This document shows positions 10,948-21,596 of a DNA stretch of 64,000 nt, piece after piece; the first letter of the stretch is position 1, and every line of letters begins with the position of its first letter. The DNA lies in NCBI GenBank assembly GCA_963514005.1, contig OY740783.1, positions 129,828,001-129,892,000 on the forward strand, written 5' to 3'. The translations under genes and the position numbers were made by a program. This DNA is from Raja brachyura (taxonomy: Eukaryota). Under the pieces are notes generated by a model. It had not been told where the DNA came from. It saw only the letters and a program-made list of their open reading frames with translations, and did not search any database.

Positions 10948-13900
10948 ACAATAGGTGCAGGAGTAGACCATTCAGCCCTTCGAGCCAGCACCGCCATTCA
11001 ATGTGATCATGGCTGATCATCCACAATCAGTACCCCGTTCCTGTATTCTCCCCATATTCCCTGACTCCGCTATCTTTAAGAGCCCTATCTAGCTCTCTCT
11101 TGAAAGTATTCAGAGAACCGACCTCCACTGCCCTCTGAAGCAGAGAATTCCACAGCCTCACAACTCACTGTGAGAAAATGTGTTTCCTCGTCTCCGTTCT
11201 AAATGGCTTACCCCTTATTCTTAAACTGTGGCTCCTGGTTCTGGACTCCCCCAACATCAGGAAAATATTTCCTGCCTCTAGCTTGTCCAAACCCCTAATA
11301 ATCATATATGTTTCAATAGGATACCCTCTAATCCTTCTAAATTCGAGAGTATACAAGCCCAGCTGCTCCATTCTCTCAGCATATGACTGTCCCGCCATTC
11401 CGGGAATTAACCTTGTAAACCTTTGCTACACTCCCTCAATAGCAAGAATGTCCTTCCTCAAATTAGGGGACCAAAACGGCACACAATACTCCAGGTGTGG
11501 TCTCACTAGGGCCCTGTACAACTGCAGAAGGACCTCTTTGCTCCTATACTCGTCTCCAAAATGCCATTCACTTTTTTCACTGCCTGCTGTACCTGCATGC
11601 TTACTTTCATAGACTGATGAACAAGGACCCCCCAGATCCCGTTGTACTTCCCCTTTTCCCAACTTGACGCCATTTAGATAGTAATCTGCCTTCCTGTTTT
11701 TTATACCAAAGTGGATAACCTCATATTTATCCACATTAAACGTCATCTGCCATGCATCTGCCCACTCCCCCAACCTGTCCAAGTCACCCTGCATTCTCAT
11801 AGCATCCTCCTCACAGTTCACACTGCCACCCAGCTTTGTGTCATCTGCAAATTTGCTAATGTTACTTTGAATCCATTCATCCAAATCATTGATGCATATG
11901 GTAAATAGCTGCAGTTCCAGCACCGAGCCTTGCGGTACCCCACTAGTCCCTGCCTGCCATTCTGAAAGGGACCCGTTAATCCCTACTCTTTGTTTCCTGT
12001 CTGCCAAACACTTCTCTATCCATGTTAGCACTCTACCCCCAATACAATGTGCCCTAAATTTGCCCACTAATCTCCTATGTGGGACATTATCAAATGCTTT
12101 CTGGAAGTCCAGGTGCACTACATCCACTGGCTCTCCCTTGTCCATTTTCGTAGTTGCATCCTCAAAAAATTCCAGAAGATTAGTCAAGCATGATTTCACC
12201 TTCGTAAATCCATGCTGACTCGGACCGATCCTGTTACTGCTATACAAATGTGCGGCTATTTCATCTTTCGTAATTGACTCCAGCATCTTCCCCACCACCG
12301 ATGTCAGGCTAACTGGTCTATAATTCCCTGTTTTCTCTCTCCGGCCTTTCTTAAAAAGTGGGATTACATTAGCTACCCTCCAATCCACAGGAACTGATCC
12401 TGAGTCTATAGAACATTGGAAAATTATCACCAATGCATCCACGATTTCTAGAGCCACTTCCTTAAGTACCCTGGGATGCAGACCATCAGACCCTGGGGAT
12501 TTATCAGCTTTCAGTCCCATCAGTCTACCCAACACCATTTCCTGCCTAATGTGGATTTCCTTCAGTTCCACCGTCACCCCAGATCCTCTGGCCACTACTA
12601 TATCAGGAAGGATGTTTGTGTCCTCCTTAATGAAGATGGATCCAAAGTACCTGTTCAACTCATCCGCCATTTCCTTGTTCCCCATAATAAATTCACCTTT
12701 TTCAGTCTTCAAGGGTCCAACTTTGGTCTTAACTATTTTTTTTCCTCTTCACATACCTAAACAAGCTTTTACTATCCTGCTTTATATTCTTGTCCAGCTG
12801 ACCTTCGTACCTCATCTTTTCTCCCCGTATTGTCTTTTCAGTTATCTTCTGTTGCTCTTTAAACATTACCCAATCCTCTTGCTTCCCGCTCATCTTTGCT
12901 ACGTTATACTTGTTCGCTTTAATTTTTATACTGTCCCTGACTTCCCTTGTCAGCCACGGTTGCACATTACTCCCCTGTGAATCTTTCTTCCTCCTAGGAA
13001 CGAACTGATCCTGCACCTTCTGTATTATTCCTAGAAATACCTACCATTGCTGTTCCACTGTCATCCCTGCTAGTGTATCTTTCCAGTCAACTTTGGCCAG
13101 CTCCTCCCTCATGGCCCCATAGTCCCCTTTATTCAACTGCAACATAGACACCTCCTATCTACCCTTCTCCCTCTCCAATTATAGATTAAACCCGACCATG
13201 TTATGGTCACTGCCTCCTAAGGGCTCATTAACCTCACGTTCCTTTATCAAATCCGGTTCATTACACAACACTAAATCCAGAATTGCCTTCTCCCTGGTAG
13301 GCTCCAATACAAGCTGCTCTAAGAATCCATCACAAAGGCACTCTACAAGGTCCCTTTCTTGGGGTCCAGTACCAACCTGATTTTCCCAGTCTACCTGCAT
13401 GTTGAAATCTCCCATAACAACCGCAACATTACTTTTGCTACATGCCAATTTTAACTCCTAATTCAACTTGTGCTCTATGTCCAGGCTACTGTTTGGGGGC
13501 CTGTAGATAAGTCCCATTAGGGCCTTACAATTCCTTAGTTCTATCCATACTGACCCCACATCTCCTGTTTCAATGTCACCCCTTGCAAGGGACTGAATTT
13601 CATTCCTCACCAACAGGGCTACCCCACCCTCTCTGCCCACCTGTCTGTCTTTTTGATAGGAGGTATACCCTTGCAACATCATACTTGCCAACATCTAACT
13701 GAGCCTCAAGCTCGTCCACTTTATTCCTTATACTTTGCGCATTCATATACAACACTTTGACCTCAGTACACACCTCCCTTCTCGCACCGCTCGCAATTGG
13801 CCCTGACCTTACTCCCTTATCGAACTTTCCTTCCCATTAATTTGAGAATCTTTTTTAATTTTTCCCTTCCCCTTCAACTCCACCTTTATACTCCCAATTT

Positions 13901-14440
13901 GTCAATCCCTCCCCCCCACTATTTAGTTTAAACCCACACGTGTAGCCCTAGCAAACCTGCCTGCCAGAATGTCGGTTCCCTTCCAGTTAAGGTGTAACCT
14001 GTCCCATTTGTACAGGTCACCCCTAACCCAGAAGAGATCCCAGTGGTCTATACATCTAAATTCTTGGTCCCTGCACCAGCCCCTCAGCCACACATTCAGA
14101 TCCCCTATCTCCCTGTTCCTGTCCTCACTAGGACGAGGTACTGGAAGCAATCCAGAGATGACCAGCCTAGAAGTCCTGCTTTTCAGTCTTCTTCCTAACT
14201 CTCTGAAGTCGTGTTGGAAAACCCCCTTCCTCTTCTTCCCGATGTCGTTTGTGCCTACGTGCACAACTACTGCCGGCTGTTCCCATTCTCTCTCGAGGAT
14301 GTTCTGAATTCGGCTCGTGACATCCTGCCCCTGGCACCAGGGAGGCCACAGACCATCCTCACGTCTCATCTGCCACCACAGAATCTCCTGTCTGCTCCTC
14401 GGACAATGGAGTTACCCACCACTGTGGCTCTGCCCAACGC
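10948..14440 (-). mobile_element. CR1 (HER1-like) LINE, degraded: ORF1 esterase end plus ORF2 endonuclease and RT
   Basis: VVG(N)SIVRG and VVVHVGTND..DRLHLN (SGNH esterase, 13923-14430); IYRPP and MGDFN (APE endonuclease); NYRPVSLTS, DFQKAFD, GVPQGSVL, KFADDTKL (RT, 11426-12712). Confidence 0.95.
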
Positions 14441-15546
14441 CAGTTGAGTCCCATCTCCAAGATTTACGAGGATGTTGCCAGGACCTGAGCTATGGGGAAA
14501 GTTTGGGCAGATTAGGACTTTATTCCATGGAGCGCAGGAAGATGAGGGGTGACCTTGCAGAGGTGTATAAGATCGTGATGGGAATAGATGGGGTAAATGC
14601 ACAGAGCCTCTGGCCAGAGTAGGGGAATCAAGAGGAGAAAGGTAGGTGAGGGGGGAAAGATTTAATAGGGACCTGAGGGGTAACTATTGTACACAAACGG
14701 GTTGGGTGTATAGAATGAGCTGCCAAAGGTGGTAGCTGAGACAGGTATTATCGCAAGACATTTGGATAGGTACATGGATAGGAAATGTTAAAATGGCCAA
14801 ACGCAAGCAGGTGGGACTAGTCTCGATGGGCATCTTGGTTGGCATGGGCAAGTTGGAATGCACTGCCAGGGGTGGTGGTGGAGGCAGATACTATAGTGGT
14901 GTTTAAGAGGCCTTTAGATCGGCACATGGATACGCAGGAAATGGAGGGATATGGATTGTGTGCAAGCAAAGAAGATCAATTTAATTTGGCTTCATGTTCG
15001 GCACAGACATTTTGGAATGAAGCATCCTCCTGTGCTGTACGGCTCGATGTTCCACGTTTTATAACATTCCCCACCTTTGTTATCAGATTCCATCCTCTAC
15101 ACCCTTTAGTCTTCCCCACTGAACATCTCCAGCCTTGGTCACTACCTCTACGCTTCTTCCATCACCTCACTCATCCCTCTCCTCACCAGGATCTATCTAT
15201 CACTTGTCCAAAGTCTGAAGAAGGGTCTCCACCCAAAACATCACCCATTCCTTTTCTCCAGGGAAGCTGCCTGTCCTGCTGAGTTACTCCAGCATTTTGT
15301 GTCTACCTTCCATCTATCACTTGCCAGCTCTTGCACCACCACTCCCCTCACCTCTTTCTACAGCAATTTCCCCTCTACTCCGTCAGACTGAAGAAAGGAA
15401 CCGATCCGAAAGGTCATCTGTCCATTTACCTCCCCGGATTGCTGGGCTCTTTTCACCACAACCCTCTGTCTTCTATCAGTAAATTAGTTCTGAATCCAAA
15501 TGGTCACGGCACCATTAATCCTTCTGAGTCAGCCTACCATGAAGAG

Positions 15547-16245
15547 TGACACAGTGGAGTTGCTGCCTCACAGCGCCAGAGACCAGGCTTCGATCCCGAC
15601 TACAGGTGCTGTCTGTACGGAGTTTTGTGCGTTCTCCCCGGGACCGCGTGGGTTTTTTCCGGGTGCTCCGATTTCCTGCCACGCTCCAAAAATGTGCAGG
15701 TTTGCAGGTTAATTGGCTTCTGTAAATTATCCCTAGTGCGTGTAAGGTAGTGTTAAGCCCCTGTCCCACTTAGGAAACCTGAACGGAAACCTCTGGTGAG
15801 CTTGCCCGTGACCCAAGGTTTCCATGAGGTCACCGGAGGTTTTGGTCACTCTCTCTAATGGTTGAAAGTGGTTTCCGCTTGGTCAAGGCTTCATCTAGGT
15901 TGCTGCTATTTTTTCATCATGTTTAAAACCGGCCTCGACTAAAAATAGGTTGCCGTTTTAAAAATCAATAATTTTTTAGTGGCAGGTCTATTCGAAGCCG
16001 GTTTTCTTCACAGTCGAGGAAGGTTTTCAACATATGTGTGGGAGGTGGTAGGAAGTTGCAGGTCACCTCGACCTTGATTTTTTTTTGGGTGGCGGGCAAG
16101 GTCACCAGAGGTTGCTGTTTAGGTCTTCTCAGTGGGACAGGGGCTTAAAGGGGCTTAAAAGGTCTCCTGAGTGGGATGATTGCTGGTCGGCACGGACTCG
16201 GAGGGCCGAAAGTCCTGTTTCCACGCTGTATCTTTAAACTAAAAT
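15547..16245 (+). mobile_element. V-SINE interrupted by a Harbinger-type MITE (about 15756-16145)
   Basis: SINE head at 15547-15755 and tail at about 16170-16245; MITE TIRs AGCCCCTGTCCCACT / AGTGGGACAGGGGCT. Confidence 0.78.
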
Positions 16246-16454
16246 AGCATAAAAGATGCTGCCTGACCCGCTGAGTCCCTCCAGCACTTTCTTTTTTGCT
16301 GATGATTCCAGCATCTTCAGTTCCTTGAGTCTACAGGTTTGGCTGGTTGGGTTCTCTGGGGCAGTTTTTAAGCCTCGAATTTTTCCCCGATAAGTTGGTT
16401 GATTGCGGTCGGCGAGGTTCAACTGATACATTCCGGTGTCTGTCCTTCCCTCAG

Positions 16455-16874
16455 CGCCCGGCGGGAATGTCTCAGTGGTGACTGGGACTGTGGGAGGTTC
16501 GGCCACGTTACCCTGTGTGTATCAGCAACCCCAGCGTTACCGCAGCGTCCTCACGGTCACATGGATGAGGAAGGATCCCTACCGACACATCGTCACGTTC
16601 ACACACAAAGCTGATGGATCCTGGGCGGTGGAGAACGGAACAACTCGGTTCGAGCTGGTCGGGGACCCAGAGCTGGGAAACGTCTCAACCAGGATAAACC
16701 AGCTGAGTGTGGAGGACAGTGACGGCTACCAGTGTCTGGTGGAGTTCAGCAAAGGGGAAAACTACGATGCGACAACGTACGTCCACGCACATTTGAGGAG
16801 CAGCGTACACCCCCCGTACACCCATCAGTACCAGCGTGAGGTCCGGCTCCAGGTCCAGCTGCAGGTCACACCCG
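16455..16874 (+). CDS. Ig V-set exon D2 of the same receptor
   Basis: TCCTTCCCTCAG acceptor, G|GTAAG donor, 420 nt, phase 1-1. G.SATLPC, LTVTW, RFELVGDP, D..GYQCLVEF and VRLQV motifs; N-glycosylation sequons NVS, NGT, NVS. Confidence 0.92.
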
Positions 16875-18926
16875 GTAAGAAACCATCGCCACGTTCTGCC
16901 ATGTAGAGCGAAGGTCAATAGTTTGTCTGAACCCCACCCCACCCCCACACATGTGCCGTTCAGTGTAGCTTCCTCTCCCGTGCCCGGACCCTTGCGCTGA
17001 ATGCCGTGTGTGTCACTCCCAGAGTCAGACCGACTAACGGAGTCTGAACCAGTGAGTCGTTATTCATAGAGTCGTGGAGAGTCCCAGGTCCTTCTGCCCA
17101 TGTTGCCCACGCCGACCAACATGCCCCATCAACACTGGTCCCGCCTGTCCACATTTGGCCCATATCCTTCTAAACTTATCCTCCCCAAGAACCTGTCTAA
17201 ATGTCTCTTAAATGTTGCAAGAATCCCTGCCTCAACTACCTCCTCCTGCGGCTCTTTCCTTACACCCACCAATCTTTGTGTAAAAAAAGTTACCCCTCAG
17301 ATTCCTATTAAATCTTTCCCGCCTCACCTTAAATCTATGTCAGGTGGTTCTGGATTCCCCAACTCTGGACAAAAGACTGTGTGTGTTTCCCCGATCTATT
17401 CCTCTCATGATTTTTATACACCTCTATAAGATCGCCCCTCATCCTCCTGCGCTCCAAGGAATAATGTCCTAGCCTGCTCAACGTCTCCCTACAGCTCAGC
17501 ATGTCAAGTCACATCCTTGGTAACACCCTTGCAAATCATCTCTGCATCCTTTCCAGCTTGACAACATCGTTCAAGTTCAAATGTATTTGTCACATGCACC
17601 ATAAGGTGCAGTGAAATGTGATTTACCATGCAGTGTTACAATTAAAAAAGGACATAGTACACAATGTAATTCAACACACATCCACCACAGCATTCTTCAC
17701 TGTGGTGGAAGGCAATACTGTTCAGACAGTCCCGTACATGGTGACCAAAACTGAACACAATATTCCAAATGTGGCCTCTCCTATGTCTTATACAACAGTA
17801 ACATATCCTCCCAACTTCCATACTCAATACTCTGACTGATGAAGACCAATGTGCCAAAAGCCTTTATGATCACCCTATCATCGGCTGATATTCAATCACA
17901 GCTGATCTGTCTTTCCCTCTCAACCCCATTCTCCTGCCTTCTCCCCATAACCCCTGATACCAAAACCAGTCAAGAATCTATGAATCTCCGCCTTAATAAA
18001 TATTCATTGACTTGGCCCCCATGCCCGTCTGTGGTAATGAATTCCACAGATTCACTACCCTGTGACTCACGAAATATCGCCTCAACTCCTTCCTAAAGGT
18101 ACATTATTTTATTCTCAGGCTATGGCCTCTGATCCTAGACTCTCCCACTAGTGGAAACATCATCTCCACATCCATTCTTTCCAGGCCTTTCACTATTCAG
18201 TGAGTTCCGCCCCTCATCCTCAACTCCAGCAAGTACAGGCCCAGTGCCGTTCTAACGTTCATCATATGTTAACCCAATGAATAAGTTTATGAATGAATAA
18301 ATGAATGAAGGAATTAGTTTATTGGCCAAGTATTCACATACAAGGAATTTGCCTTGGTGCTCCGCCCGCAAGTGACAACATGACATACAGTGACAGTTAA
18401 GAATGATACATAAAACATTAAACATTAATAATAAAAAATTCCTGGGATAATTCTTGTAAACCCCCTCTGGACCCTTTCCAGAGCCAGCACATCCTTCCTC
18501 AGATATGGGGCCCAACATTACTCACAATACTCCAAATGCGATCTGACCAGTGCCTTGCAGAGCATTCCATCCCTGTTTTTGTATTATAGTCCTTCTGAAA
18601 TAAATGCCAGCATTGCATTTTCCTTCCTTACCACCCATTCAACATGCAGATTAACGTTTTGGGAAACCTGCACCAACACTCCCAAGACCCTTTACATCTC
18701 TGGTCATTCAGTCAAGTCCAATGTCCGCTATGGTGTAGAGGTGACTCGGATAGTACCCTATCTCATGGAAGGACTGTTCAGACAGTGCATCTTATCCCTC
18801 AGAATACTGTCTCGTAACTTTCTGACCACAGATAGTTAGACTCACAGCACTGTCATTCCCAGGATTTTCCCAGCCACCCTTCTTAAACAGAGGCACAACA
18901 TTTGCCACCCTCCAGTCTCGTCATTT

Positions 18927-19235
18927 AGGGCAGCACGATGGCGCATCGGTAGAGTTACTGCTCTACAGTGCCGGAGACCCGGGTTCGATCCAGACTATGG
19001 GTGCTGTCTGAGCGGAGTTTGTACGTTCTCCCCGTGACCTGCGTGGGTTTTCTCCAAGATCTTTGGTTTCCTCCCACACTGCAAAGTCGTACAGGTTTGT
19101 AGGTTAATTGGCTTGGTATAAATGTAAAACATTGTCCCTAATGTGTGTGTAGGACAGTGTTAATGATGTCCGTGTGAACTCGGCGGGCCGAAGGGCCTGT
19201 TTCCACGCTGTATCTCTAAAATAAATGAAACTAAA
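18927..19235 (+). mobile_element. V-SINE
   Basis: A/B boxes, core and tail as at 2573. Confidence 0.85.
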
Positions 19236-19384
19236 TTTAGATCATTTACCTTAATTCACAAGCAAGTTAGAAATGGCGTTCGCACATCCGAGTTATTTGA
19301 TGGATCATCATTGATCATATGTTAAGGCCGGGTGTGAACACATGGGCCTACTGATCTCCTGGTCTTCACTGCTCTTTTTTACAG

Positions 19385-19480
19385 TGACACCCATCCAAAC
19401 ATCAATATATATCCTGCGCATTCTTCTTCTCATCCTCGTGCTCTGCATTCTGTCTATCATTATCCTCTGGAATAAAGGAG
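19385..19480 (+). CDS. Transmembrane exon with intramembrane Arg
   Basis: CTCTTTTTTACAG acceptor, GAG|GTGAGT donor, 96 nt, phase 1-1; encodes VTPIQTSIYILRILLLILVLCILSIIILWNKG. Confidence 0.88.
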
Positions 19481-19492
19481 GTGAGTTGACCT

Positions 19493-19634
19493 CTTCTTCT
19501 CCTTGCGTATGGCGTGCACAGCCTAAAGTTGTAGGACAACTTGTTCTATTTGATCTTATTTGATTGTGCACGCCGGGATGATTGCATTTGTTGAAACAGG
19601 GCGGACCACGTGAAGATTGCAATCTCCCACCCCC
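19493..19634 (-). mobile_element. Short retroposon with 12-bp TSD at the TM splice donor
   Basis: GTGAGTTGACCT duplicated at 19481-19492 and 19635-19646; (GAA)n-like tail on the minus strand. Confidence 0.75.
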
Positions 19635-20360
19635 GTGAGTTGACCTACAAATAAGCCATTGCAATTCTCTGTCTGCTATCGATTATTATTGTCCCTTGCA
19701 CCGGGATGCAGCGATCAGCTTTGTTTATGTGCTATCGTTTGTCTTTAATCGGACGTCCACACTTCAAGCTGCCTCGGCAAGACCACCGGCATAATCAAGG
19801 ACCGGTCTCACCCCTCTACTCCCCTCTAGTGAAGTAAGAGTTTAATTGTTTCACTTCCGAACTCATGACAACAAAACACAATTGACTCACATTAAGCAAG
19901 AGGTACAGAAGTGTGAAAACACACACCTCCAGGTTCAGGGACAGTTTCTTCCCAGCTGTTATCAGCGGTCCTGATCTCCCATCTACCTCATTGGAGCTCT
20001 TTGAGCTAACTTTAATCGGACTTTACTGGACTTTATCTTGCACTAAACGTTATTCCCTTTATCCTGTATCTGTACACTGTGGACGGCTCGATTGTAATCA
20101 TGTATAGTCGTTCCGCTGACTGGATAGCACGCGACAAAAACAACTTTTCACTGCATCTTGGCACACGTGACAATAAAGTAAACTAAACTACGCTAAACTA
20201 ATCTAAAGCTATCCAGTCATATAATAATATACATGAGTACAGAGTACCAGTACAAGTGTTGCAAAGAGAAAAATGCAGAATATATGTTATTGTGTTAAAT
20301 TTTCAGAAAAAAAGTGCATGGTAGATAATGAGGTAGGTTGGGGGATTGGGTCAGTATCCT

Positions 20361-20550
20361 TATGGGCATGTCCCACTTAAGCGACATTTTAGGCGACTAC
20401 AGGCGACTGTCAAAAATGTTTCAACATGTTGAAAAAATTTCTGTGACAATTTGGACTGTCGTAGGTTGTCGCCGGTGTTGACTTCGGTGAATTCCATTGT
20501 CCTAGTCGCTGGCAGTCGCCTGAAAAATTGCCCAAGTTGGACAGGCACAT
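20361..20550. mobile_element. Degenerate Harbinger-type MITE
   Basis: GGGCATGTCCCACTT ... AAGTTGGACAGGCAC. Confidence 0.55.
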
Positions 20551-20594
20551 TAGCTTGTGAGAGAAACATCCAGTGGTCTGATACGAGAGGGGGT

Positions 20595-21020
20595 GATAAG
20601 ATACAGAGTGCAGAATATAGTTCTCAGCACTGTAGCGCACCAGTTCCAGACACAAAGGCCAATGTCCGCAATGGGGTAGAGGTGAATCGGACAGTACCCT
20701 AGCTTATGGAAGGACTGTTCAGAAGCCTGATAACAGAGAGGAAGAAGCTGTTCCTGAGTGTGGTGGTGCGCGCTTTCAAGCTTCTGCACCTTCTGCCGGC
20801 CAGGAGCGGGGAGAAGAAGGGAAAGACAGGTGTAAAAGGTCCTTGATTATGTTGGTTGGTCAAGTGTAGGTGTCGGAGTCTGGTGTGTGTGGTGGACTGG
20901 GCTACATCTTCAACTTTTTGCAATTTCTTGTGGAATTGGGCAGAGCTGTTCCCACAACCAGGCTGTGATGCACCAGACATGTATGGTCTCTACGGGGTGT
21001 GTGTAGAAGTAGGAGTCTCA
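20595..21020 (-). mobile_element. Rex1-related LINE 3' fragment
   Basis: ORF 20699-20980 ends RSLKARTTTLRNSFFLSVIRLLN. Confidence 0.78.
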
Positions 21021-21118
21021 GTCTCCTGAGGAATTAGAGGCAACGGTGTGCCTTCTTGACTGTGGCTCCGCCATGCTGATACACAGCAGATTATTGGTAA
21101 CACCAACGCTTAAGAACA

Positions 21119-21430
21119 GGGCGGCAGGGAGGTAGAGTTGCAGCCTTGCAATGAATGCAGCTCCAAAGACACAGGTTCGATCCCGACTATGGGTGGTGTG
21201 TGAACGGAGTTTGTACGTTCTCCAGTGACCTGCGTGGGTTTTCTCCGAGATCTTCGGTTTCCTCCCACACTCCAAAGACGTACAGGTTTGTAGGTTAATT
21301 GGCTTGGTAAATGTAAAAACTCTCCCTTATGGGTGTAAGGTAATGTTAATGTGCAGGGATCGCTGGTCGGCGTGGGCTCGATAGGCCGAAGGGCCTGTTT
21401 CCTTGCTGTATCTTTAAACTAAACTAAACT
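21119..21430 (+). mobile_element. V-SINE
   Basis: B box GGTTCGATCCC, core and (AAACT)n tail. Confidence 0.85.
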
Positions 21431-21596
21431 TGAAGTGCTCAACATTAGCCGTAGCTACAATGTGGTCAGTTCAGCCGGTCTGAAGGAGAAAAACCCAGTA
21501 AACTCTTCATACTTCACTTTAGTTTAGTTTATTGTCACGTGTCCCGGGAGCAACGCACCTCAGCAACTGCTGGGGGCCGTGGGGGGAGATTCAACG

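Noticed and set aside
13923-14430. Host GDSL/SGNH lipase gene
   Set aside because: It is the esterase domain of CR1 ORF1, directly upstream of ORF2.
9389-16950. Rearranging Ig/TCR V segments
   Set aside because: Both exons encode their own G strand and end in splice donors; no heptamer-nonamer RSS follows them.
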